This document shows, in pieces, positions 1 to 13,392 of a stretch of 64,000 nt of DNA. The first letter of the stretch is position 1, and each line of letters opens with the position of its first letter. Position numbers and translations under genes: made by a program. The notes under the pieces were generated by a model, which was given only the letters and a program-made list of their open reading frames with translations, was not told the DNA's origin and did not search any database. The DNA is taken from the NCBI RefSeq assembly GCF_009834535.1, contig NC_045696.1:105278001-105342000 (forward strand), written 5' to 3'. The stretch is from Camelus ferus. Taxonomy: Eukaryota.

Positions 1-660
1 GCATCCATGGCGTTCCCTTTCAGTCATGAAGTTATTTTCTTGGACCAAAACTCAGGATTTTAGATACGTGTGTGTGACTATGAATCTATAATAATGCACC
101 TAGGCACACACCTCAGAATATTTTAGAATTGTTCAAATAATCCCCAAAAGGTTTGTACATGACACTAGAAGAGACCCTAAAGTTCATCTGGCCCCACCTT
201 TTCCAAATTATCAGAACACTAAAATCCCACCAAGTCATGGGAGTGTCACTATTACTAATAATAATTATGTCTTGTGGACAAGTCTTTCTCCTGTAGGAAA
301 CGCATAATGAGTGTTTCCATGCCTTGGCAGTCTTACTTTCTATACATGCCTCCTATGCAGCCTCTTTTCTCCATCCCTCCTGTCACCTCCCAATCCAGAC
401 TACGATCGTCTCTTATCTGGACCACTGTGATGGCCTCCCCAAGTCACTGCTGGCCCCTGAAATCCATTCTCCAAGTCAAAGTCAGAGCAGTCGTGTGCAC
501 AAATCTGGGCATATCCCTCCCTTGCCCAAGCTTCTTCCAAGGGATGCCATTAAGAAAATGGAAGACACAGACTTGAAGAACACATTTGCAAAATGTATTT
601 CTAATAAACGACTTGTGTCCAGAAGATGTAAAGAACTCTAACAATTAAAATGAGAAGAAT

Positions 661-1310
661 ATGCTACAGCCATTATGGAAAACAGTATGGAGATTCCTTA
701 AAAAACTAAAAATAGACTTACCCTGTAATCCAGCAATCCCACTCCTGGGCATATGTCTGGAGAAAACTAACTTGAAAAGACACATACACCCAATGTTCAT
801 AGCAGCACTATTTACAGTAGCCAAGACATGGGAGCAAACTAAATGTCCATCAGCAGATGACTGGGTAAAGAAGATGTGGTATATTTATACAGTGGAATAC
901 TACTCAGCCATAGGAAAGAATGAAATAACGCCATTTGCTGCAACATGGATGGACCTAGATATTATCACACTAAGTGAAAGCAAAAGAAAAACTTACGGTT
1001 ACCAGGAAAGGGGAGTTGGGAGGGATAAAACGGGAGTGTGGGATTTGCAGATACACACTACTATATATAAAATAGATAAACAACAAAGACCTACTGTAAA
1101 GCACAGGGAACTATATTCAATAACTTGTAATAGCCTATAATGAAAAAGAATATGGAAAGGAAGATATATATATATATATATAGATATATAGATATATATC
1201 TATATATATATATATATATAACTGAATCACTATGCTGTACACCAGAAATTAACACATTATAAATCAACTATACTTCAATTTAAAATTTTTTAAATTAAAT
1301 TAAAATAAAA
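661..1310 (+). mobile_element. Younger lineage-specific L1, 5'-truncated (ORF2 C-terminus plus 3'UTR), with a (TA)n tract at about 1163-1220
   Basis: ORF 661-1140 reads [19 protein letters not shown]...[14 protein letters not shown]...[12 protein letters not shown], the L1 ORF2p C-terminus; A-rich tail. Confidence 0.9.
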
Positions 1311-1364
1311 GACAGAAAGAATAAAAACCCAGTTTAAAATAACCCAAAGATTGGACTAGACACG

Positions 1365-1917
1365 TGCACGGGAGGGTCAACACAGCAGCTCAGTGCTGCT
1401 CAATAGAAGGCTGGCCTTTGGCTGGCATCTGAGAAGTTGGCTTTTGGAATATTGCCTACATTGCTAACTGATAAGGCTGTTTTGTCTGCCTGGGGCACAG
1501 AATCCGGGTGTACCAGCTTGCCTAGACGGTTTGTACAAGCAGTGTGATTTATAGCAAACACCTGCTTTCCTTCTAGGAGTCTGGAATGTCAGTAATCATG
1601 GCTGGTTGTGCAGGCAGAGCGCTGACATCACCAGCCCACGATGAAAACCATGGAGCCTGAGTCTCAGGCAGGCTCCCCTGGGCAGAAACAAGGCACGGTG
1701 TTGCTGTGCTTCGCTGCTGGAGGAAGAAGCATGTTGTGTACGTCTTCCCCCCAGGAAGGAGAACTTTGGAAGCCTTCACCTGGGCTCCTCCGGGCTCCAC
1801 CCCATGTGCCTTTTCCCCTGGCCAGCCCTGTTGTGCATCCTTTCACCATAATAACCCTTTGCCTCTGAGACTTGTGAGTGCTTCAAGCAAGTCATCAAAT
1901 GTGGAATCCCAGAAACA
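1365..1917 (+). mobile_element. MER68-like ERVL solo LTR
   Basis: Matches recalled MER68 text (ttggctggcatctg.gaa.ttgg, aacacctgctttccttct.ggagtctggaat, ccccatg.gccttttccc). Confidence 0.7.
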
Positions 1918-4843
1918 AGACACCTCACCAAAGATGACGTAAGGATGACAAATAAGCACAGAAGAGATGCTCAGCCCCGTCTGTCTTTAGAGAGCTACAG
2001 TGAGCTACCAGCTGGAATGGTTAGAATCAACCCAGCAATCCCACTCCTAGGTATCCGCCCGAGAGAGACGAACTCGTTTATCCACTCAGACTTGGCTGTG
2101 AATGTTTATGGCAGCAGTATTCATTATAACCCAAAACTGGGAAAATTCAGATACCCATCAACTGGTAAATGGATAAACAAATGTGTTACATACGTCCATG
2201 CAAGGGAATACTATTCAGCAATTAAAAGGATGAACTAGTGATAGATACTGAAACAAAGTGGATGAACCTCAAAGACATGCCAAGTGAAAGGAGCCAGGCA
2301 TATAGGTTGATGTGTTACATAATTCCATTAATATGAGATTTCCAGAAAAGGCAAAACTACAGAGGCAGAAGGCGGACCAGTGGTTGCCTGAGGGTAGGAG
2401 TGGGGATTGACTGCACATGGGCACGAGGGAATTTTGGGGGGTGACAGGAATGTTTTAAAACTAGATTGCTGTGACAGTTGCACAAGTATATAAATGTACT
2501 AAAGGTCATCAAACTACACACATAAAATAGGTAGATTTTGTGGTGTTTAAATTACACCTCAATAAAGGTGTCTTTAAAAAATCCTCCTGAGCTTCGTTAC
2601 ATGCTTTACCAGTGAGGATCCTGCTCTTCGCATCCTCCCCCTCAACTTTCCTCCTGCCCCACCCGCCCCAGGCCCTTGGCCCTTTCACTCTGCTCCAGCC
2701 TGGCTGACTTTTTGCAGTTTCTCACACCCACCCTTCCCTGATCATCAGTGCTTCTGCATATGTGGTTCCCTCTGCCTGCAAGCTGTCTCCCTTCTCCCCT
2801 CCTTTGGGTTAATTCCCATTTCTTCTTCAGTTCTCCGCCTCAAGTCGCTTCCTCCAGGAAGTCCTCTCTGAATCCCAACTAAGTTAGACTTGCCCCCTGT
2901 ACTCCTAGCTCCTTGCTCTCCTCTTTTGTAAAAGAGTTTCATCACTCTTGAAATGACTCATTTGGCAGTAACTCCAAGTTCCCTGAAAGCAAGAATTTGT
3001 TCATTGTTCATTTTCCCCAGCACAACTCCTGGCTCACAATGGGAGCTTAATAAATATTTCATAAAATAGTATCTGAATAAGCATCTTAATAGCTCTGAGA
3101 AGCCCATGATAAACACACCTGTTTAACTTTGTATAAATCAGTGTTTTTGAAGCACATGTGCACTCGGAATCCTTTTATACACACACACACTTAATAATAT
3201 GAGGAACACGAACTCAAAGGAGCCATTTACAAAGCTCTTGTCTAAAAAGTTTCTTTCCCAGATTTTTACTTCAGTAAACACCCTTATACATAAACCCATA
3301 CAAGCCAGTGCTTTTGTGGGATAGATTCCCAGCAGTGGTACTGCTGGGTCAAATGGTATGTGTCCTTTTTATTCTAATCGATGTTACCAGATTGATTTTT
3401 TTTTTAAGTAAATTGAATTTTTTGAAAAAAGACAATCTCATAGAGCGGCTTAAATTTTCATTTCCTTACTCCTTTGCAGGGAGGCACCTTCATTTATCTT
3501 TCATACAAGCCAAAGCAGTATCTCTCTCTTCATTTCAGTAGGTAATCTGTGAGGAAGAATTTCAGGAGCTCCGTCTCCACAGAGAGACCCAGCAGTCAGT
3601 AGGTAAACGTTATTCCCGGATTGCTGGGTGCCTTCGTCAAGGATTCTTTTTTCTTTTTGTACACAGGAACTCCTCGAAGTCACCTAAATAACATGTAAAC
3701 AAGGTTCTCGAGAAACTAGAGAGAAAGAGGAAATTGACATTCCCCCACCTCCCCCCCCCGCCCCCTCCCCATCCCGCTCCTCCTCCTCTTCCTCTAATGC
3801 TTCCTCCCTCGCTGCCCCCTCCCCGGACTGGCTTCTAGGAGCCTCACCTGCTGCTCATCACCCAGCAGCCGCACACCTGCGTCCACGTGACCCCCCCCCC
3901 ACCCTAAACCCTGCCTCAGTGTCACAAATCTAGAATTTCAGAGACTCACTGGCCCGGGATGGACTTGTCCACCTAGTCCACGTGGCGGTGATTTTTCTGC
4001 AAGGGCAGAGGGTGGTCAGGGAGGAAAGGGATGGACACTTCCAACACCCAGGTAAGCGCCCACAAAATCCCAAAGTGACCCGGCCGTTTGGGTACGCCCC
4101 TCCTGCTCCTGCTCTGCTGAGGCCGTGCCACAGGAAGGGATGCTGGTGGGAGACACATGCTCCTGGAGGGAGAAAGGGAAGGAAGGGTGGGATGGCAGCC
4201 GGGTGTCAATCACTCCTTCTTCACTCCCCCCTCCACTGTGGGCGGATGGGCCGGGGTCAAGGGCAGGCTGGGCAGAAGCTAGATGGAGTCCACTCCACCC
4301 CGACCCCTACCCCTGCCCCAGGCCCACAGGCATGGGCTTGAGTCCTGTGGGTCTGGGAGAGCCTGGCTTCCCTGGGGAAGGCAGAGTAAGTGAGCTGCAG
4401 CTGGACTTGTGAGTCCCTTAGCGGGATCCTGCAGAGGACGCAGGTCTTCCTTCCCGAGGAGAGGCTGCATCAAGGCTCGGGACATGGCGTGTCGAGCCAG
4501 GTGCAGGTCTTAGTCCCCTGCAGCAGCCCAGGGCATTGTCTGGACCCTCACAACACCCCTAGGAGCCCTAACTTGGCCAAAACCCAACTGGCTTCTTGGC
4601 AGAAGCACGGCAAGTTTGTGCAAACGGATGTTTGTGAAGTGAGGGTGGATTTCCCTGGCATCTCAAGATGTCATGTTGTCCAGAGACCTTCCTAACCTCT
4701 GCCACGACCTCCCTCCCACCAAGCCGGGGAGCGCCTCTGCTTTATAACCCTACGGCCCCTGCAAGCCCCACTGTCACAGCCCCAGCCGCCCTGGTTGCCC
4801 CCGTTTCCATGGCTGTCTCCCCACCCTGACTGCACCCTGAGCC

Positions 4844-5310
4844 TGCTACCGAGTCCAAGCTCATACTGCTCACAGCACAACAGGCCAGTAAATCAAGAGA
4901 CAAGGTGTTGGGGTAAGGAAGGGTGACTTTATTTGGAAAGCTATCAGACCGAGAAGATGGTGGACTAGTGCCCCAAAGAACCATCCTCCCTGAGTTAGAA
5001 TTCAAGCTTCTTTTACACTAGAAGAGGCAGGGGTTAAAGTCCTGGTTGGGGGATGTGTTCATTGCTTCCTTCCTGCAGCCATTCACAAGTAAGCCTGGTC
5101 AGGAAGTTTCCTGTGAACTAAACAAAGGTATTTTAGCTTAATGCTCATCACCTGGGAGGCAGGGTTCCCAGAGATGGGCCATTATGTATAGTTTTAACTT
5201 ACAGGCAACATCCCTTTAGTGATTAACTTGTAGCAAAAGCAATAGAACACAAAGGTTAAAGTAAAAGAAACAGATCCAATATGGGGTCAGATCTGTTCCT
5301 CCCTAGTGCA
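4844..5310 (-). mobile_element. ERV1-type solo LTR (cetartiodactyl family)
   Basis: TG...CA termini; minus-strand AATAAA (ctttattt near 4928); text tg.taccgagtccaagctc...gaccgagaagatgg typical of artiodactyl LTRs; target-site duplication not evident. Confidence 0.65.
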
Positions 5311-7799
5311 AGAGGACAAGGCTCAGGGTCTCACAGTGCTGGGGCCACGTGCCCCACAGATGGACATCCAGATGACCTGGTGAAGGCCTGGCGCACACTG
5401 CCCCTTCCTAACGGCACCTTGAATTCCTTTTAAGGATTTTCCTCACTGGCTTCAGTCTGGCCAGGCATATCCAGGTGCTCACTCCCCAGAATTTAAATCC
5501 GGAACACAGCTACCACTAAAAACGGCTGGGGCTGGTCTGTCCTGGTGGTCTGGTCCTAACCAGTTCCCCACACAGGGTCCCATTTGTCTTTCCTGTCTCC
5601 TGTCCCAAGATTCTTCGTAATCCTTCCAGTAAGTTTCCTTATTTCCTAAATTCTCCATAATTTGTTTCTGTTGCTTGTAGCTAAGGGAAGAGTGGGGGAG
5701 AGGAGGAGGAGGAGGAAGGAAGGAAGGAGGCAGGGAAAAAAGGAAAACTAACTCAAACACACAGTGAGTGAACGAGTGAGACCAGAGCACAGTCCAGCTG
5801 GAAAGCCTGGCAGCAGTGGACTGGGTGATGGTGGCAGTGATGAGCAATAGTGTCTTCCTGGAAGAGCCAGGCCAAGCCCATTCATGTCCATGTTAACACT
5901 GGGCCAGCCATGGACATGATTTCAAATCTTAGCACTTACACATGCTCACAGGGTCCTCCCATGGTGCTGATGACTAACACTACCAAGCTCCTGCTAGTAG
6001 AGGCAGGAAAGCCAAGGCCCTGCCCCCAGGTTGCTCCCAGGCTCTTGGGAGAGCCCAGTATCCAGTGCACACCCAGCATCCTCCAGTGCTGAGCCAGGGT
6101 GCAGGGAAGGGGCCAGGACAACAAAGCAGTAAAGAGGCCAGAAGTCGGGTCTTCAAAATACAGGGAGCACAAGAATCCTCTGCAGAGCCTGGTCAAAGTG
6201 CCCTTTTCTGGCCTCACCCAGACTGTGAGTCAGTAAGCTGGAGTGAGCTGGGGATCCAAGTTGTCACAAAACCCCAGGACAGAGACAAGTGGTCTCTCTT
6301 TGGGATATACTATCTGAGAGTCGGGAAAAGGAAGAAGAAATGCAGAAGGGTGTGTCCTCTGTAGAGCTTTTAGAAGATGCAGAGCATCTGCCCTTCACCC
6401 CTTCCAAGGCCATTCTTCCTAAAATTTCTTTATATGGAGCTGCTGTCCCTCTGGTATCAAGAACCGTCAGCATCCTCTCAGCACCTCACAGGAAAAGACC
6501 CAGCTCCTCAGTCAGCATTTGAGCCCCCAAGCCCAGTCACTCCATTTTGCTCCTGCCTGTCTTCTGATGGCTCATCCACGAACCCTCGCCTCTGACAGCT
6601 TCAAATCCTGTCTGCCTCTATTAACAGCCACAGGTTTCCCACTTCTGAACTTTCGTGTGGGCCGTTTCTCTAACCTGGGACACCCGGCCCGCCTCTCTAA
6701 GCCTCTCTGCACATCACTCACTCCTCAGGATCCTCTCAAGCTCCACCTCCTAGAACACCCTCCCTCCTGATCTGGTCCCCGGGGACCTCCCCTCCTCCAA
6801 GCTCTTGTTGGGACTGCTTTGTATTAGGTGACTGAGGCTGACAAGGGATTTTCTGTCCCTCTGAATCAGAGAAGGGTCAGAGTGTCAATAAGGAGAAATT
6901 CATTCAAACTGCCTGACCTGGAAAGACTGGAATGTACTGGGGGTGGTCAGGGTAGGCAGATTTCCAGACCAACTCTGAGTTGGACTGTGAGGGTCCCCTC
7001 CCCTCACCCCGCATGGATTCTCAGTGCACACGGGGCAAGTCAGCCCAATCCCAAGCCCAAAGTTGACCAGCTGTACTCCTGTTTCATTGCCCCTTTCCTC
7101 CCGGAACCTCCTTCCTTGCTCTGTCTTCTCTGCCGCAAGCTGCATGGTGCCCCCCTGACCTTGGATCCAACATGGTTGCCCGGTCATCCAGAGACCCAAA
7201 CACCCTGGTTTCCTCAGTTCCTCAGGTGGACCCCAGATCAACAGAAAGAACTCACTGGAAGATGTGAGCTCAACAAAGATCGAAACCCACCTCACACCTC
7301 CAAGGAGGCAGCACAGAGAAATCCCTCCAGAGCAGTAACCACAGAAAAGGACACCGCCTTTGGGATTACACAGAACTGAGTTAGAACCATGCTATTTTTT
7401 GACTTAAAACTGTGTAGACTTGAGCCTTAATCTCTCCAACTTGGTTGTTTATATCTGTAAAAGAGTGATGGGAGAATACCTACCCATCATGAGGCTCAAT
7501 GATTAAATCAGATCATGGTCACAACACGTGTCACAGGAGCCCTCACACAAGGGCTGGGTTCATCGTCACCATCATCTTCATCAGGCTTTGTGGAAGGGAA
7601 GATTTCAAGCTGCTCCTTGATGCTTCTCACACCCTGTTGTCATGCAACCATCTCTCGTCTGGGGCTGCTCTACATCCGCTCAACGTCTGCTAAGGAAAGT
7701 AAAGGCAAACGCCTTGGCCAGGGCCCCAGAAGTCCAAATGCAGAGACAGTTCCTCCAAGCAGAGGCAAGCAAGAGTTTGAATATGCTACTCCCTTGAGT

Positions 7800-8135
7800 C
7801 TTTGCATCAATGAGCCTTTAATGCGAAACAAATCAGTCTACATCTCAGTGGCTTAAAACGAGAACCATTTCTTATTTCTCATGAGTCTAGCAGTTAGCCA
7901 GGTGCTTCTGGGCCACGATCAATTGATCTTGGCTGGTCTCACTCACATGTTTGGTTCCAAAAGGTGTCTGGAGGCCTCGCCCAGACCTACTACAACATCC
8001 CTTCTGCCACAAAATCTATTGGTCAGAACAAGTCATGAGGCCACCCCAGATTCAAGGGGTGGGGAATCACCCCCCTCTCTCCATAAGTGGAGCAACAAAG
8101 TATTGTGCATTGTAGCCACTTTTGCAGTTCCCCAC
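7800..8135 (-). mobile_element. MaLR LTR (MLT1-like) fragment
   Basis: ctcagtggcttaaaac...atttctcatgagtct...ctattggtcagaacaagtca...cccagattcaagggg are MLT1 hallmarks. Confidence 0.65.
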
Positions 8136-8539
8136 AGGCCTCCAGCTTTTCTCTGCATCCTTTATAGTTCCTAGTTATGCCCTGAAGTGAGAAACTCTGT
8201 GTTAAAATAAAAATGGATGGATGGTTGGAAGGATGGACAGGAGGATGGCTGGGTGGGTAGGCAGTGCTGGCTAGGAGTGAGTGGGCAGGGAGACGGGCCA
8301 GTGGGCGGTGTGCTGGAGCGTGGGTACAAGGAGGAAGTTTAGATGGTGGAGGATTTGTGGATGGTGGGCAGATGACTTCCACATCCTGCTCTCATCCCTA
8401 GAGCCCAGGGGCGTGGCGGCACAGGAACAAGACTTGCCATTGTGCACCCCGGTGATCCTCTGGAAGGCGGATGAGTCATTCCCTGCCCACGGCATCCACC
8501 GTATGCCCTGTTCCTCCTGGGCTGGCTGGCCTGCACAGA

Positions 8540-9085
8540 GGCTCATACCCAGGGCCCATTAGCATGACTGCATGTCTCTGCCATCCTCCTCTCCTTCCTG
8601 GTGACACTCTTGTACTGTACTTTTCAGTGGCTCCCCATTTCCTACAGGATAGAGGCCAAGTATCTTGCTAGGGTGTCTAAAGCTCCCCATGGCCTGGCCC
8701 CCCTTGTCTCTCCAACATTTCCTTCCACTGTGTCAAGCCATGCCATCCCTCCCACCCGCTCTGCTCCCCCTTAGCCATGCTGCAGCCACACGTCTCCCTG
8801 GAAATGCCAGGTTTTCCTACACCTCCCTGATTTTGCATGTGCTCTTCCCTCTCGGGAGTGCCCTCTCCACCCTCAGTCAGGCAAATGCCTACTTGTCCTC
8901 CAAGACTTAGTCCCTGAGCTCAACCACCATCTTGTCCTTGAAGCATCTTGTACAAGCCTCTACTTGTTACATTTATCCTTCACTAGCCTTAAGGTCCTTG
9001 GGGTTGTGTCCGTGGAAACGTGGCAGTATCTTCAGCATCCAGCCCAGTTCCAGGCACCCACAAGGCGCCCAGTGAGTGTTTGCTG
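8540..9085 (+). mobile_element. L2 3' fragment
   Basis: ttgcatgtgctcttccctct...cctacttgtcctccaagac...ccaggcacccacaaggcgcccagtgagtgtttgctgaa resembles the L2 3' terminus. Confidence 0.55.
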
Positions 9086-11735
9086 AAAGCATCCATCACT
9101 GGCAGCTTTGACATGTCCCCCTGTTCCCTCAGCGAGTGTCCACTGTGTGTCCAGCTCACCACCAGGTGCTGTGAGACACAGGCACTGACCACAAAGCGCT
9201 GACAGCCTCGCTGAGCTGAAGCAGGCAGGCTCACATCTTTGCATGCAATTTCCTGGAAATGAAAGCTCTGCCCGCCTGAGGCAGTGTGAACAAACGCACC
9301 AGGACTGGGAGGGCTCAGGGCGCTGGGGACTCAGGGGGAGACCACAGTGAGACCGGAACGTGGGGGCTTTGATGGACGAAGAGGAGGAAAAGAAGGGTGT
9401 CCGGGCCAGGGATCTACAGGAGGGGGACTTGGCTGTGAGGACACAGAAGACAGAGCACAAGAGGGTGAGCTGAGGGGAAACTGGTATAGAGTTGAGAAAA
9501 GACGTTAAGGACACACAGTCAGAGGCCTCAAATGACAAAGAAGAGATGGAACCTAAAATTTATTGAGGATGTGTGGGCCACACGCTTCAAAACTACGCTA
9601 TGAGTTGATGGCTCAGAGACATTCAGCTACTTACCCACGATCACACAGCTAGGAAACAGGAGGCCTGGGATTCAAAACCAGCTCTTCATTCTACTGGGCT
9701 CTATCAATCCAGAGACAGTTGGCAGTTGGAGCAGGAAGGAAGGTCACAGATGAGCAGGGTATTTACTATGAAGCTTGCAATAATGCTATTTGGAGTGTGT
9801 TCTCTGTCCCTGAATCAATGAGCTCCTGGACTATTTCTTCAGTTGTTGGAAACACAAACCCACTAAAAACTGTCCACCTCCACTGCTTCTAAAGAGACAG
9901 GACAGAGACTTTGGCCTGGAGGCTAGCCCTGAGCTGAACCGGTGATCCTGGCACCCCCAGACCCCTGCCAGCCTCCCCTCCTAAGCCTTCCCCCTTGTCC
10001 AGGTCAGGACAGCCCAGACCCACATTCACTCTCTGGATTTCCCTCAGAGTCCTTGGTCATGTGCTTCCCAAAAATCAATGTATGTCTACCCAGCTGCCTC
10101 CTTTTCATCTCTTCATTGTAGAATTTGGCCCCAAGAATGCAAAAAAACATTGGTCTGGCAAGATTTGTTCTTTTTAAACCTGGCCAGAGCCTCACAAAAG
10201 TACATTAACCTTTAACTGTTTATAGATTTTTTTCTGCCTAGAATATATGCCCTGTGCTTGCATGTCACATGGGGATTCCAGTCCTGCTCCCATATTGATA
10301 ACGGCGGGGGAGACTTACATCCTCTCTAGGGTTTTCTTCTGCCGGCTTATTTATCAGAGCCAGCCTGCCAAGAGCCCCAGAGATCTCTGCTTCACTCAGG
10401 AGATAATAGGGGGTTTAGACCCTGGGTTTTGGGTCACGCAGGGCCAGACGCAAATTCAGTCCCATGTGACCTCGAGCAAGTCCCAAGCCTCTCTGAGCCT
10501 TATTGTCTTCTGAAAATGAAGACTCGAGGGAGGCATATCTTACCAGGGCAGTATCATCAGCACAAAACCCATATATGGTCATAACAATTACTTCTGAAAA
10601 GTCCTTGACTCTGCAAGGACTCCCGCCTCCTCACCCCCATCCCTCACCTTTTCCCAGTCTCCCCTTTTCTTCCAAGAGGATAGCTGCCTGCGCTTGCCCT
10701 GACCACTAACTCAGCCTTTCTGGCCACCTCCAACCCTCCCTTCCACTCCGATGAGCACCGCAAGAAGGCCTAGGATAAAATACACAAAACCACCGTCCTC
10801 CCTAAAAGGCAGGGGTGGGGGGAGTTGTGAATATGTATAATGCATTTTTTTTTTCAAATTTATTACTGGCCAAAAAGATATGAGTCTCATCAAGGTGAAA
10901 AGACAAAATGTATAAATCTTGTGTTAAATGTCAGTGCCTGAAGGCCAAGTACACCAAGTACTTGAGAAAGACTACTCCAAGAGAAAGACAAGTGATTTAA
11001 AAAATGTTTAAATAAATTGGCCACTTCGACCCAGCCACTGGCCTAATGGGCTTACTGAAACCAGAGCAAGAACCACGGGGGTTAAGAATCTGCCTACATC
11101 TGTCTTCTGTCTAAAACTTGCCAAAGGCTGCTCCTCATTGGCCAGCTTCTCAGATAAACTGCCTTACCTCCCACTTTAGTCCTTTTGTGGGCATGTCCCA
11201 GGGGAGGGATGTCAGATAAATTTCCATCTTTTGGTTACTCTAATACAACCTAATTGCTAATGACATCTCACTGAAAATTTCCTTTAGTAATTGCTTCTGA
11301 CCAAAACCCATTCCCACATCACTGTCATGACATGGCAAGACATGGAATCAGGACATCTCCAGTCCTTCTATCCACAGTATCTTCCATCGAATGAAATGGC
11401 CACTTAAGACCAAAAGCAGACTGAAACTCTAATAAGACTGACTTCTTCATTCCCACCACTAGGAATCTATCCCAAAGATACACTCACAAAAATATAAAAA
11501 GACTTCACCTGCTTATTGCTACACCATTTATTATAGCAAAAGCCTGGAAACAACCCACATGTCCATCAGTAGGGGATGGATTCAATAAACACGTCCACAC
11601 AGTGGAGCCCTCTGCCACTGTCAAAGGGGAGGAGGAAGGTCTGCCTGTGTTGCTGTGAGTGATCTCTAGGATATTGCATTAAATTTTTTCAAAAGTATTT
11701 GGTATGCTACCATTTATCTAAGAAAGGGAAGGTAC

Positions 11736-12118
11736 TGTAACCGAGCGGGACCCTGTGAGGTCTTCCCAGGACAGGTCCCTCCCCTCCATGTCCTCTGCCT
11801 GCCTCCTGTTTGTAGAAAAGCTACAGTCTCCCAGGCTTCCCCTGAGTCACAAAAACCTGGCTCAAGAATTTATGATTCTTGTCAAGAATCAAGCAATCAA
11901 CCAATCAGAATTCTGCACAAGCTGATTACATACTCTGGGACACGCCTCCCTCACCTCACCTTTGAAAATACTTCCCTGAAACCCATTGAGGAGTTTGGAT
12001 TTTCTGAGCATTTCAATTTTTTGAGCAACTGCCCTGGATTCCTTGTCTGGTCTGGGGCCTTAAAATAAACCGAGTGTCAATCACGCAGACAAGCAGACCC
12101 AAGTTTTGTTTTGTAAGA
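11736..12118 (+). mobile_element. ERV1-type solo LTR about 2.7 kb upstream of the RBP1 ATG, inserted among old L1 fragments (about 11450-11735 and 12120-12595)
   Basis: Starts TGTAACCGAG; contains AP-1 TGAGTCA, CCAAT (aaccaatcag) and AATAAA (about 12064); ends ...gtaaga (degenerate gtaaca). Confidence 0.65.
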
Positions 12119-13392
12119 ATATGACTATATAATATATATGTATATATTTATGTTTTTTTAATGAAAGGATAAACCATAAAATAAAAGAGATATATCAGCC
12201 AATGGCAATGTTTGAAATTTGTTTGGATCTGGATTCAAACAAACAAAAAAAATTTTGAGGTAAGTGAGCATTTTCTGGACATTTGATGATATTCAGGAAT
12301 TAATATTATTGGGTTTTAGTTGTGATAATGGTGTTGTGGTTTTTTGTTTTTTTTTTAATGACTCTATCTTTTAGAACTACTTCTTGAAATGTTTCCCAAT
12401 GAAATGATAAGATGTCTGGTATTTGTCTCAAAATAATTTTGGAAATACAGGGTGAGTGGGGACAGAGATAAAACCAGATTGGCTGTGGGTTAATAATTGT
12501 TGAAGCCGATGATGAATCCATGGGAGGTCAGTATACAATTCTCTTTATGTTTATGGAGGTTTAAAATTGTCCATAACAAAATAGTAAAGAAAGCAAAAAG
12601 AGAAAGGCAGAAAAAGAAAGACTTCCATGCAGTGTATATCAAAATTTGTAGACATGATTGTCATGTCATGAAAGACAGCTGATCCACTCTGCAGAACCAT
12701 TTTCTAGACAGAACTAAATCCCCAGGCCACTACCTCACCCCAAAGAGGGTTTAAGATTCTGGGGCTTGTAGACCTGGTGTTTCATTTGCATATTTGCATG
12801 TTCATAAATATATCCAAGAAGGGCTTCCTGGGTAGACCTCGGTGCCCCTCATCCCCTGTGGCCTCTAGATAAGCCCTCTCACTCCCAAGCATGGTAGGCA
12901 CGGGGAGGCAGCTTTGCTGGGCTACCCTCATCTTTTCTGACATTAACCGCACAGATGGCAGGGCGACAGGTCGGTAATTGGAGCTGGGTCATTCTCCACA
13001 ACATAATTCCAGAGACTTATTTGAACACAGAAAAAGAGATTTCACAAGTCTCCAAAATAAAACTAGCCCTTGAGAAGAGAAGTGGGGATGAGGAAGATTT
13101 GTTTTATCAGCATGAGGCCACCTGTCCCCTGCTAGGAGACTCTAGTCTCTGGGTGCAGGGGACCCAGCAAAGAGGACGGGCACGAGGCTGGAAGGCACGG
13201 TCCCGTTCCTCCTCCTTGTGAGGGGCATCTTTTTGGGAGGGACGGAGCCTCAGGGTCTGTCCCAAGGATCTCTGCTCCAACCCCACTGCCCTCGGGAAGC
13301 TCTGCTTCCCCAACAGCTGGCAACACGGGGCAAGCTGCTTGACCACTCAATGATATAGGGACAGTACTGCCCACCTCACCAGGCAATTGTAA

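Larger units (their letters stand above)
545..2580 (+). mobile_element. Old L1 (L1MB-like) 3' portion, interrupted at about 660 and 1364
   Basis: Degenerate ORF2 end and 3'UTR (gatgaacctcaaagacatg...aaggcaaaactacagaggcaga...tacacctcaataaag); text resumes collinearly after each insert. Confidence 0.7.
325..3080 (+). mobile_element. Old L2 fragment (about 325-540 and 2580-3080) split by a nested stack of L1/LTR insertions
   Basis: L2-like pyrimidine-rich text on both sides, ending in the typical L2 3' end (cctggctcacaatgggagcttaataaatattt). Confidence 0.55.

Noticed and set aside
661..1140. 159-aa ORF (also 43523-43771, 61373-61615, 42321-42509)
   Set aside because: L1 ORF2p C-terminal remnants in 5'-truncated retrotransposons, not host genes.
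5882..5919. Inverted repeat tcatgtccatg / catggacatga (11-bp stem, 16-nt loop)
   Set aside because: Roughly chance expectation in a window this size; too short for a pre-miRNA.
6828..7379. 183-aa ORF, and other ORFs over 140 aa (9032-9538, 31570-32046, 36781-37308, 45192-45668)
   Set aside because: Mostly non-ATG starts, no recognisable protein family and no supporting splice structure; expected by chance in 64 kb of moderately GC-rich DNA.
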